Shown one piece after another: positions 1 to 10,975 of a stretch of DNA of 26,708 nt. Both the position numbers and the translations under genes were made by a program. Within the stretch, counting starts at the first letter, position 1. The number at the start of each line of letters is the position of its first letter. This stretch comes from Oopsacas minuta. Lineage: Eukaryota; Animalia; Porifera. The notes under the pieces were generated by a model, which was given only the letters and a program-made list of their open reading frames with translations, made no database searches and was not told where the DNA came from. Where the stretch lies: positions 1 to 26,708 of the forward strand of contig JAKMXF010000128.1 of NCBI GenBank assembly GCA_024704765.1. The letters are read 5' to 3'.

Positions 1-405
1 TAACAGGAAAAATTTAGGAAATACATAAAAATCGTTGACTTGTAGATGGAAAAAAAACTGGACGTGCTGGAAAGAATCTGAAAGCAATTTGAATTCAGAG
101 TAAAAAACTAGCTTAGAAAATGTCAATCTAATACTTGATGAGAAAATGAAGTTAAATTTTGTTGACCTGTGTAATCGTAGAACATTGTTCTAAACAGCAA
201 AAGGGGGTAATTCAATACGCTGATTTCGATTTTGACACTCTTGAATTTGTACCGATGAAATCTCTTACAGTATTCCCTTCTATTAATATTTTTAGTCAAC
301 GCAAACAAATTGAACATTTTATGGACTGGATAATCATAGTATATTGGAAATAACTTGTTTTGTGGATTTTAAATCCGAGCGGAGCGAGGAAAAATTACAA
401 AATTA

Positions 406-575
406 CAACCTGTGCCGACAGCTTAGTCTATTAAATTCAATTTGTTTACCAAGTGGCACTATTAATTGGAGGCACTATGTGCATTGGAATTAAACCTAAC
501 TCATAGTCCCTCCAACTAATAGTGCCACCTTTTAAACAAATTGAATTTAATAGACTAAGCCGTCGGCACAGGTTG
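406..575. mobile_element. 170-bp foldback MITE with TA target-site duplication (Tc1/mariner-type)
   Basis: About 74-bp inverted arms starting CAACCTGTGCCGAC(A/G)GCTTAGTCTATTAAATTCAATTTGTTTA, with a few mismatches and a short spacer. TA at 404-405 and 576-577. Confidence 0.85.
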
Positions 576-1310
576 TAATTTATTATTTTTTTCATACTAA
601 CAGAGTTCACGGGATGTATAATTCATAATAAATAGGAAATTGAATAAGATGCATATTCAGACTGGTAAAAATTGGTCACAACTACTAAAATCGGCTGTAC
701 TCTACATGCTCTCAACGAAGAAAAATCTCATGGTGATACACCTTTTCGGGTGATTTGGGGAAGGGATTCGAGGTATCAGATCTCACCCCTACTTTCAATA
801 ATTTCTCAGTGTCAGCAGAGGAAGCTATTTTTGCTCTCTATGGTTCTGTTTAGATTGAAGATTCAGAAGAAGTATACTCTCCACCACCTCTGGAAGAACC
901 ACAAGAGTATATAACTCTCCTAGAAGATTTCAGAACAACAAATTGGGAGCTAACTAGAGAAAACATTCGCACTGACAGTTAAAGCAAGGATAGTATGACA
1001 AAAAAGTGAATCAAAATAGGTAATGTCAATAGTAATTAACTTCTTTTAATATCTCGTGTTGTATATAGCAGACTTTGTGATAACTTTGTCGTATGATAGA
1101 CAAAGCGCGTAGTTTATATGTTGATGGGGTTTTGTAACAGTTACCTAAGCCATAATAGACAAACCAATAACCAATTTCCTGACGTCAATAATGATAATGC
1201 ATGGAGTTGTTTTGAGATTTGTATGTAGCGACCTGGGTTGCAGGTTTGGAAACTCCTTTTTATTACTCATATTTATTGACTATACAATTTACTATATACT
1301 AATGTCTTAG

Positions 1311-1563
1311 ACCAGAGATAAAAGAGGGCGATGAAATCGTATACACCAACATGCCCAAAGTAAAGAAATTGCCCAATGCAAAAGGACAGAGTAAATATTT
1401 GGGGCCATATACTGTCTCGTGGATAACTAAAAGCCGTGAAGTGATTCCTAACCCAAAATTTGGGACCAGAAAGGAAAAGAAGATCCCGATTGATAAAGTG
1501 CGACCTTTTTACAAACGTGATGTCGAACTTAGAATCCTGGGCGTAAAAGAAATCTCAAAATAG
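1311..1563 (+). pseudogene. Integrase C-terminal GPY/F-motif exon of the Ginger1-like element
   Basis: After acceptor gtcttag: PEIKEGDEIVYTNMPKVKKLPNAKGQSKYLGPYTVSWI...IPIDKVRPF, matching the Gypsy/Ginger GPY-V ... H/P-xxx-L/V-R-P-F module. Confidence 0.7.
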
Positions 1564-2491
1564 TAAAGATACGATTGATCTTCCAAACAAGAATTCACGA
1601 AAGGTAACTTAAAAGTGCTAATATTTAATTAATAATGCTAATGATGATCCAAACTCGTATTTTCCTTTGTAGTAGAGCATTTGTTTGGATTTTCCAAATA
1701 CACAATTATTTCGAAAGTAGATGACTTGAAGGTTACCTTAAAACAGTATTTATCTGATCATACCTTTATGGCGCCAATACATCAGAAATTGCATGGAAAC
1801 CTTCATCGTCATCATACCTTTGCTCCTAGCACATCATTGTTTTCTTTACTCAAAGACACCACAAAAGATAACATGGTAAATTCTAAATTTAATTTCTAAC
1901 AACATAGTATTATTAATACAAATCTTATCAATAATGATGCTTTATCATACGTTTAGAAAACAGAAATTCGATAAGTTTAATTGAGCTGGACTACAGAACT
2001 GTGCCCAGAGTTGGGAGATGCACTTACTGCAAAATATACCGAAAAAGTATTGTATGGAATTGTAAGTCTAAGATTATGCATAGTGGAGTTCGCTTTTTAG
2101 CAATGGAAAATCGTGCAAAATAGGAGTTGCTAATAAACCAATTCCACTGTAATTACATTTCAATCGGTGCTTGATATGGGGTACTGACAGTTTGCTGCAC
2201 TGAGTACACGGATTGGGCGGCCGACCCACCCGTACTCCTTCGAACTGGGTCTTATCGAACGTAGGCTAGTCCCTGAGCCAACATTGGAAATTCATGTATT
2301 ACATAAGTGTAATCTAAGGATTGATTTTATCCTGAATACTGAGAAAAAAAGTTAAATTTGAATCATCTTATAATGTCAGATTTATGAAATATTTCTTGTA
2401 CTCCTAGGCAGTTCAATACCTTAACACATGCTCTGGGAAACTTTCCTGAAGGTATTAACAAGACCACTCCTGATTTTTTCACTGGAATCCC

Positions 2492-3126
2492 AAAGATTTC
2501 TATAGTGTCGGAAAATGGCAGAGAGATGCTTGTGCGAAGTTAGGGCTTAATTTTGATCCGCCGAACCGAACAATTTAGTTGGACAACCTCTTGATGAATA
2601 TAAGCATTGGGAGACTACACCCATGATTGGAGATGGGAATTGCCTTTTCCGCTGTCTTTCTCAAATTATTACAGGAAGCCAAAATAGTCACATTCAACTT
2701 AGATCCATCATTACGCGCTTTATTGCAAGTGAAGGGACCACAAAACTTGGATGGTATTTCCATCAGAAAGAGATAAGTCCGTCCACATACTTATTAGACG
2801 AAATTCCCATCCTAATTGTAGGAACCTGGGGAAGCGAGGTAGACATTATGGCCGCTTCTGCCCTTCTGAATGTTGAAATTTTCATCGCTAACAACGATTA
2901 TCACGAAAGGGGATCTCTTTGTCGCAAGGTTGAATGGAGCTTACCTCGTGCAAGTACAATCCAAGTAATACTATATATATAACTAATTACTACCTTCATT
3001 ATGAGGCTCTGACATCAATGTTGGATAGCCCTACTCCTACCTATGGAATTAAATCTGATTACGTGCCGACAGTTTAATGAATTCTTCCTCTACGAGAACC
3101 ACTTAACGACCAATACATCCACCTAA
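2492..3126 (+). pseudogene. OTU-family cysteine protease (deubiquitinase-like) domain, transposon-borne, frameshifted
   Basis: MIGDGNCLFRCLSQIITGSQNSHIQLRS (catalytic D-G-N-C) and WGSEVDIMAASALL. The catalytic His (TNYYLHYEAL) is out of frame by a 2-nt TA slippage near 2975-2981. Confidence 0.8.
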
Positions 3127-3533
3127 AGTGTATTGCGGGACTGGCAAAGTAACTGATGATTCTTAGCCGATGATTGCTTAATTTTCTTAATAACAATTCA
3201 CGTTATATTATGTATATTTTATCCATATATGTCATTTTTATGTACTTTGTATTTATTTATGAATTCATTAAACTCTCATATCTTTTTCCGAAATTTTGTT
3301 TAATTAAGGCACAATTAGTTTAGGAGAAAGATCGTTTAATATAGTAACGTTTCATGTTTACTTGCACACCTCCTAAAACTCTTATTAACATTATTAAAAC
3401 CAATAAAATGTTATCTAGACATTTGCGAACCAAAAGTTAGTGAATAATTATCACTTTGTATATTGTATCAAATATAGGTGAAATATTGTAATTTGTAAGG
3501 CATATTACATCTCTAGTGTATAGATAGTTGAGT

Positions 3534-3608
3534 ATTACAATGAACCACATGTACAATTCGTGTTACATACTTAAATCTCAGAATTCTAAACTCTCCTCAA
3601 ATACTACA
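3534..3608 (-). repeat. Right terminal inverted repeat of the Ginger1-like element
   Basis: Reverse complement TGTAGTATTTGAGGAGAGTTTAGAATTCTGAGATTTAAGTATGTAACACGAATTGTACATGTGGTTCATTGTAAT aligns to 14369-14443 with 6 mismatches and 2 single-base indels. TG..CA-type terminus. Confidence 0.8.
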
Positions 3609-3783
3609 TTTTTCCAAAAGTTGTATAACCTTTCGGACCTGTTCGGATTAGAGAGGGTATACTGTGGTTAGCAATGGATTTCACTATTCGAATGAAAGAC
3701 TCAAATTGCAAATGATTACGAGGAGAATTGATTCGATTGTTTACTGGTTATTATTAGAAAACTTTGTAAAATTCATAACAAAC

Positions 3784-4514
3784 CTATCTGTCCAGTAGCA
3801 ATAATACATTCGTCTAGATCATTATTAGGAAAAACAGATAGTGAAAGTATATCATCATTATGTTGATCGTAAAACCATTGGGTGTTGTTGACTATATCCA
3901 TAACAACTCCAACTGCTGCAGCATTATACACTATATGACTTTCATTCAAGAATTTAAGGTTAGAACGACAATCAAACCCCCTATAACCAAATACATAATC
4001 CAATTTAAGCGAGTTGAAGTCTGTGGTACCATCTCTAGTTAGTACTTTCGTGCTTTTAGAATCGCAATCTCTTTTGCTAGAATCCATTTTACCTTTATAT
4101 TGAGGTATATCAGTTCTATCCGAAATATCACGTACTGGATTTACATACGTCTTTTGCTGATAATCAATTTTCAATTCCCAATCAATATAACTATCATAGC
4201 CACCATCATCTTCTGAAGATAAATTCATTTCATTATTCATCAGTTTCCTATCAGTGCTTCCAACAGAATTAATAACCTTCCAGATTAAGATTGAGGTATC
4301 GTTGCCACCCAATGATACTAAATATGATCCATTATTTGAAAAGCGTACACATGTAACATGTGCAGAATGTCCAACATAACTCTTATGCTTTGCTTTATTC
4401 ACATAGGAAGGGTATTTGTAAATGCGAACATATCCGAGATCATCACCTGTAGCCATTAGCTTAGTATTGTTACAATCGAGGGTATTCACATCGGTTATAT
4501 CAGCCCCTTCATAC
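3784..4514 (-). CDS. EML6: EML5/EML6-like protein, internal (penultimate) exon: end of TAPE domain 2, acidic linker and HELP motif of TAPE domain 3
   Basis: 731-nt open exon between acceptor ttgtAG (4516-4515) and donor GT (3783-3782). Encodes YEGADITDVNT..ATGDDLGYVRIYKYP..GHSAHVTCVRF..GGNDTSILIW..SEDDGGYDS..LKLDYVFGYRGFDCRSNL..HNDDILSL..ATGQIG. EML5 versus EML6 cannot be distinguished. Confidence 0.92.
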
Positions 4515-5566
4515 CTACAAGAGCAACATAATTAGAACATAGTAAAGAGGTGTAGAATCTGCGGTGAGGTCGGAAAAAAACAACATGATTATAGTTGTTT
4601 TGGTAATAAGTGTAACGTTAAAGTGGTCACATGACCATACTCGGAATAATTCCAAAGTAACGCAAGATTATCTCAGGAATATGTTAAAATCCATCCTCCA
4701 AACTTATCCAAATTCTATCGAGTGACCCTTGTTCGACTCCGATCGACAAATTGAGTCTAGTTTCGCACATATCAGCGCTCTAAATGACAGTCTCACTCGA
4801 TTTTACGAGATCGTCCCCGTGGCTCTCTAATTCTCTTGCTATTCTTTCATATATTTCTTGTAAATACATGATAATATCGTTTGTTCTTGAGAGAAATATA
4901 TCTATAATTATAAATATATTATGTCTTAAGACGTGAATCGAGGCATTTGACCCCGGAATACATGCTAAGTTTATCAGAAAATTTTAAACTAGTCTAGCTA
5001 TAGTTACTAGTCATTCTGAATAATTGAAAATTATAACTCTTGGGAATGGGAATAATCCAAATCTGTCAACTGAAAAACTGTATAATGTGACAGATAGGGA
5101 TAGGTGGTGGTTTGACACAATATACAGAGTTCCAGTTGATCGAATTATGATTATCCCAATTCCGCCGAGTTAAATTTATGCAATTATTTAGAATAAGTAG
5201 TCACATACTGAATCTTCAAACAGAAAATTTTCTGATCAACTTAGTATAAATAATTAAAAAACGCCCCGAATTATGTCTTTAATCACATATTACCAAGTGC
5301 CGGTGTGGAAGGATTTCTCACCACAAAAATTCTCTGAATTAATTGAATAATTAATAACTTTGCGGTTAAACTACATAAGACATAGTTTGATAAAATTGAA
5401 ATGGGAAATGAGAATGCTATATATAAATGAAGGAATCACCAAATTGTTCATAACTAGATAATTAGCTGTAAAAGAATTCGTAATCAAACTTTTACCATGT
5501 AAATATCTTGAAAATATAGAATATTTATTTTAATTTATAAATTGTGTATAATATTTGTACTAATTT

Positions 5567-5839
5567 TCAAATCATCCCAATCATTGCTCCCAGAGACATA
5601 GCCACTTTAATTTTTGTGCCACCCATGGCACAGGTAGCACATATGACAGGAAGCCCCAAATCATAATACTCTACAGATGACATGATAAATGAATAGTATA
5701 CATTGATGCGAAGATACTTGAAGTTTTTTGTGAAAAACTCCCAATACTCAGTGGAGTCCTTGTAATGTGTACCACTAGTGCACAAACAGTAAAATGGCTG
5801 TATCTCCGGGAGGAATGATCGGAATGCTTTGAAAATCAC
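5567..5839 (-). CDS. Unidentified exon-like ORF (90 aa)
   Basis: Open frame with protein-like composition (DLGLPVICATCAMGG) preceded by CTAAC and a pyrimidine-rich ...caaAG. No family recognised. Confidence 0.25.
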   Translation of the reverse strand: MIFKAFRSFLPEIQPFYCLCTSGTHYKDSTEYWEFFTKNFKYLRINVYYSFIMSSVEYYDLGLPVICATCAMGGTKIKVAMSLGAMIGMI

Positions 5840-8154
5840 AAAAAATATTAGTTAGACTGTAATCAAAATTTTATAATAGTATACGTAGTTATACTATTTT
5901 AAAATTTTAATTGTATTGAGAGTCACTATGTAACTTGGTTGGAAATTCGTAGAGAATTGTAAACTAAACACAATGGAACCCTGCTTAACGAACACCAGAA
6001 TATCCATCACCCTGATAATCAGACTACCTCTCTTGACCACTCATTGAGGTTAATCCATACTAGCTAGGTGTCTGCGCGAAAGCTCTGCCCCTCCAATTTG
6101 GCATAAGTATACAGCTTCTAAATATTGAATTAGTCTTGTTAGCTGCGGGACTCAATATCTCGGCACTATATGCCTCGCGTCCTGAAATATAGGAAAATTA
6201 CTGAATAGATTATCCAAGATCTATCTAAATGAAAAATTATGACTGCACTCGTCACACTATAGCAGCTGCACAAGTTTTTGATTTTAATCTCGGTACTATG
6301 TAATCTCGGTACTATGTGCTTTGAGTAATACAAGATTATCATAAATGTCGAAATTTAAGAAAATTAGATCATTTTGTACAGTTATGGTGTCGTAAAGTTC
6401 CATGATGAGTTAGCATTTGGTCAACGTGATACAGTCAGAATATTTAACATATTGAGGAGTATCTGTAACTCAAATTACAACAATCTAACAACAATATTGG
6501 CTGAGGAGTGGCTAATAATCCGATTTTTCGAAAGTACTATAAGGTGACAATTATCTCGTCATAGGTAAGAATGCCGAGGGAATTGTCACATTTTTGGAAA
6601 TAATTTCGTAATAGGTATGAACTTTGTTCCAAGATTCAAAGTTGTCATAACCAGGTCCAAAATACCCCTGTATACCAAAAATCAGCCCTGGGGTTTTCAG
6701 TTTCTTCAATCAATTCTGGACATATATACATATAAGAATATACCTATGTATACGTATAGGGTGCAATCTAGAAAGATGATAGAGTGCAAAGTGATTATAG
6801 CAGTAATAAAAAATAATAGGATTGTGTGGAATCCGAAACGATGGACAATTTACTCAAGCTGTACCGAAAGTATCATTCTCGGGCTATATGCTCATAGATA
6901 ACTTCGAACTGAGATGGGAATGGTGTGATCTAGATCGTTTAAGTGATGACATAGACAAAGTGGTTACACTAATTGGATGTTAAAATACAATGAATGTGTT
7001 GTCTAAGAGCTATAAATCCGAAGATCAAGCTAAAAACATAGATATACAGTAGATAAGGGATACAGTGATAATATCAGCACTGAAAAGAGAACTTTGGTCC
7101 GTATATTTGACAAAAAGAATTTTGAATCGCATCGAGCAAATAATACTACATTCAGTTCAAGAAAAGAACAGAGCATCTAGAAATACCATGCAGAAAACTA
7201 TATAGCCAATTTTGATATGCTAAACTATGTACCTTAGTTCCCTGACTGAACAGGCGCCAGGAAATTCTCACGCACTTATTCAAGGAAATACGATAGTGTA
7301 TGTATCGTATATAATAATATTCGAAATAGTGATACAGCAAAGCCTAGTTAATACAAAGATGGATAATGCGGATTTCCGGATAAGACAAAGACACAATTAC
7401 ACTTGATCGGGTCCCTATAGTGTTGTCTAAATCGGTATAGTCTTATAAATACGATGTCCGAATTAGGTAAACAATATTAAACAGTCCTTTTGGGTTCGTA
7501 TTAACGAGGTTACGCTGTATATAGTTAGTGAATATTTGGCCGAAAATTATATGCCCCTGCCATAATCACTAAATCCATTATCTACTGTAACCAAAGAAAT
7601 TCTCGAGATCTTAAATGTAGACTAGTATGCCCAGGGGCGTACCTTGCGGGGGGGTGTGTGACACCCCACTCATCGCTAAACGGCCGGTAATCAGAACAGG
7701 CTAGAGTGATCTAATCCTGACAGCCCCAATTTCCACGAGACTTCATACTGCCATGTTAATAATAGTGATTACGTAATTAATCTGAGAAATAATTTCGCTC
7801 GCTACACTCTCTGGTAAAATAAATGATAGCACTAGTTTTCTAACAAGAGGCGGAATCCATTCAGCCAACACCTAAATACTTATTCTAGCCCTGCTCTTGT
7901 GTAATTGGGGATTGGCATTGGTTATATGATCGTAAAGGAGTACTGAATAATTAGAATATATGATCACGATACTTGAGTGAGTAGGGAAAACAGGGTGCAG
8001 TTTACAAAATATAATGTTATACCTCATACGTATATCGAATTTCCCCATTATAATAATTCACACAATAAACCCCATTTGACTAACTACTGGATCTTAAAAA
8101 ACGATAATTTCAGCGAGTGGATTAGGCAAGCGCTGAGTACTTTATATATCAGGT

Positions 8155-8480
8155 CATTTTACGTCATTTTCAGGTCATTTCAGGTCATTCAGACTCTTTA
8201 TAGCTCGTTTTCAGGCGAGAGTTTACGGTATTCTCTCTTCTCTGATAATCTTACCTTACTAACCTCGTCACTTAATCAACCCGTAAATTGAATTGAATTA
8301 CTTTCCATAATAAAGTCGACCAGTTTCGAGTATGATATAACTTCCTGCAAATAGGCTCTCGTCAAAATCAATACTGAGTCAAAACTGGCAGTATATCCAT
8401 CCATCCCTTAGTGTATGGTTCCCCATTCCTAAGTCGATTATTGCACTCAATGGAATCTTAAACGACCTAAATTTGACCTG
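8155..8480 (-). repeat. Dispersed repeat, inverted copy of 13565-13900
   Basis: 55-bp core 8366-8420 is the exact reverse complement of 13618-13672. Flanks are similar but diverged and rich in TCAGGTCA/TGACCTGA motifs. Confidence 0.85.
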
Positions 8481-8780
8481 AAAATTACCTAATTAACATA
8501 AGATAGAAATGGACTAGAGTTGGGCCATGATTCACAGTACATGTTTAGCATCTAATAGTACCCTATCTTAAATTACATGCAAACTGTTGGAATTTGTAAC
8601 AAACAATGGATAGTTAAATGATATAATCTCAGCTCAGCTCATGTAATGCATAGCATTAGTAAAATTTGCACACTCAAAATAACAAGAATCATTCTACACC
8701 TTTTAGACACACTCATAATTGTAAAATATCTAAGAAATTGACCATCTTTTTGTATTATTGTGTTACGTTTTATGCATTAG

Positions 8781-8990
8781 AAACAAACGGATCATGAGAT
8801 TATACTATTAGATTTAGAAAGTGCGTTAAGGGAGATATTATATTCAGTAAGACTTCCAGAAGATTATGAGGACGATATTATTGCAAAAGAAAAGGCAATA
8901 ACTTACAGACAAAATTCACCATTGGAGTGCACTTTAAACAAATTAATCAAAATTGTTAATCATTTATTAAAGATAGTAAAAACATTCTAA
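8781..8990 (+). CDS. Candidate orphan terminal exon (69 aa plus stop), product unknown
   Basis: Begins right after tttatgcattAG and reads KQTDHEIILLDLESALREILYSVRLPEDYEDDII...HLLKIVKTF* without a stop in very AT-rich DNA. Not in the ORF track. Confidence 0.3.
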   Translation, partial: KQTDHEIILLDLESALREILYSVRLPEDYEDDIIAKEKAITYRQNSPLECTLNKLIKIVNHLLKIVKTF

Positions 8991-9528
8991 AATGCATGGC
9001 TTGAATATTGTTATTGTCCTGAAAGTATATATCTTATACGTAATAACTTATTATATACCATTGTTACCCTTGTGGAGTGGAGAAGTTTTAAGTAATGTGA
9101 ACCAATTAACTTCTGTTTGTACAGACAGTAATGCTAGCGTTGTTTAGGATAGTAAAGCATAGTATTTTTAATTCTGAAAGCAGATTGAGGGAAGCAGATA
9201 TTATCAGGACCATTTACATGGATATTGATGATAGATTCATTCGCATTCACACATTTAGCTACAAAGTGTGAGGGGTACTGACGTTTGTTAAATGAATATT
9301 AATTGCATTTTCTATTCATGATATATGTCTTTATACAATATATTGAATAATTTGTGTAATTTGATAATATGATGTGTGAATTAGACTTGTATCTCCTATA
9401 TGAGTTATATATATAAGTATTTATTTGAGTATTTGATTTATAATCTTATTTATCGAGCTAAATGGAACCTCCCTAAAATTGAAATCGTAATTATCTACAA
9501 TGGAGTTTATATTACATGTATATGTTTT

Positions 9529-9589
9529 TTAGCCTAATAGCAATATTACTCTATAACTTTCTAATAGAGTAATATTGCTATTAGGCTAA
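9529..9589. repeat. Perfect hairpin (26-bp stem, 9-nt loop), possibly a 55-bp mini-MITE with TA TSD
   Basis: ttagcctaatagcaatattactctat-aactttcta-atagagtaatattgctattaggctaa. Confidence 0.9.
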
Positions 9590-9974
9590 TGAAGGAAGTG
9601 CTAATAGGCGAATACCATTGTAATATATAATCACAAAGCCCACCATACACGATGCAACTTTGTTGTATGCGACAAATTTACATGGTGTTCAGGAGCGGCT
9701 CAAATTGTCAGGCCAGTCAAGGCCATAACCTATTCAATTGTATGATCCGCAGGGTTGCCCTTAAGCAGGGATGTCCTGCTCTAATTATAAGTATGGGAGC
9801 GGTATTTCAAATTTCAAATTCAATTGAATATATCCTAATTTCCAATACAAAATTCAAACAATATACCGGTATTTGAATTAATAAGATAAATATGAAAATT
9901 ATCAAAGGTTTAGTACTAAATCTGAAAATAGAGTTCTAACAAGTAATTAAGTACCCAAAATTATTTAACTAATA

Positions 9975-10364
9975 TTACTGCCAAATTTCTTCTTGTTTAT
10001 GGGGTTCAGAAAATTTGGATTTCAAGCCATGGATATCTGTTGCTGAATTATGGTGCAAGAGCTAAGATTTAGAATATTCCAATGGTCTCCAAATAGTCAG
10101 TGGTGGACCATTAAGCTGGATAAACAGCAAAGAAGAAACGTGTTCTATTGTAAGCCAGTTTCGTTTCTCATCCAGTATGATATTCATTTGACTAAACCTC
10201 CTTTCGCATTCAGATGAGCTGCATGGAATAACTTCTACGCAGTTTATCAATGGCCTTAAAGCAGAAGGAGTTCGAATACCGATGTTGTCATAATATTCGC
10301 AAAATGCATCAACTAGGATTATTTCTGGTNTACAGCCACTTGGATATTCATACCTTGCAGGCAC
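9975..10364 (-). pseudogene. hAT transposase C-terminal dimerisation-domain fragment (ZNF862/KIAA1586-like)
   Basis: LINCVEVIPCSSSECERRFSQMNIILDEKRNWLTIEHVSSLLFIQLNGPPL: typical hAT S-x-CER-FS-MN / R-x-L / LNGPP motifs. Confidence 0.8.
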
Positions 10365-10538
10365 GCTTGTTGTTGTACCAGATGCAGCCAGAGGATTAAA
10401 GATCTAGGCCAGCCGTGCCCTATATGTCGCTCAGATATTGAGAACACATTTCAAATATTTGTTAATTAACACTAATTCAAGTTATTGTTCTGTTTTCAGT
10501 CTATTAAACTAATTCATATTCACTAATAAGGAACTCCA

Positions 10539-10603
10539 TTCTAACAAATGCAAACATATGAAAAACTCATTCTAACAAGTGTAAACTGTAGAAATTCTAA
10601 CAA
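10539..10603 (+). repeat. TTCTAACAA-motif subterminal repeat family, inverted relative to 25620-25714
   Basis: ttctaacaaatgcaaacatatgaaaaactcattctaacaagtgtaaactgtagaaattctaacaa matches the reverse complement of 25620-25714. Confidence 0.8.
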
Positions 10604-10975
10604 ATGACTACTTCTAAATTTTAACAAATGCATGCACCCTTTTCTTCATTATTCTATCATTAAGAAATTCATAAGTCAACAATCCTGCATGATAAAATTT
10701 AATAGAACCAAATATTGACTTCCATTAATTGATAATGCTTGAAAACATCAAACTTGATAGATCCAGAAATAAATGCATTTTATGATAGGATAAAGGTGTG
10801 GCTGACAGCCGCTATTAAAAATGCCAAAAATCAATGGCCTCAATTTGAATTTTGTTGAATTTTTACTGTGCCGACTATACTTCAGTATAAGGCTCAGTAT
10901 TGATCTTAGTGAAAAGTTGATTTTGTTATTTTTAGTTCCGGTGTGGGGCGGTCAGCTGTCCCCCTGGGTGAGCTG

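Larger units (their letters stand above)
636..3608 (+). mobile_element. 3' half of a decayed, intron-containing Ginger1-like (Gypsy-integrase-derived) DNA transposon
   Basis: Acceptor AG 634-635, then KLNKMHIQTGKNWSQLLKSAV..ALNEEKSHGDTPFRVIWGR (post-core integrase segment, frameshifted). GPY exon from 1311, further GT-AG exon-like blocks, an OTU domain, and a terminal inverted repeat ending ...AAATACTACA at 3608. Confidence 0.75.

Noticed and set aside
1-400. Coding-like remnant and a GAGCGGAGCGAG motif at the left edge
   Set aside because: Frames are interrupted and no family motif is recognisable. Probably the tail of another element.
3773-3783. Stop at 3773 and GTG start at 4489 as a standalone 238-aa gene
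   Set aside because: Homology extends upstream to an acceptor at 4515 and ends at a GT donor at 3783, so it is an internal exon.
6285-6316. 16-bp perfect tandem duplication taatctcggtactatg
   Set aside because: Two units only, no spacers. Ordinary slippage, not CRISPR-like.
6643-6666. GILDLVMT resembling a LINE endonuclease motif on the minus strand
   Set aside because: Isolated match; the surrounding frame does not continue the domain.
7389-7430. GPY-like peptide (*SGPYSVV*) suggesting another integrase
   Set aside because: Only a few residues between stops, with no supporting core motifs nearby.
7632-7660. Solitary hAT-like ends (also at 9767, 14034, 15720-15739, 21285-21296, 24889)
   Set aside because: No partner TIR or TSD could be paired, so element boundaries are unsupported.
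10330-10330. N as a scaffold gap explaining the scrambling
   Set aside because: The hAT reading frame continues across it, so it looks like a single ambiguous base.
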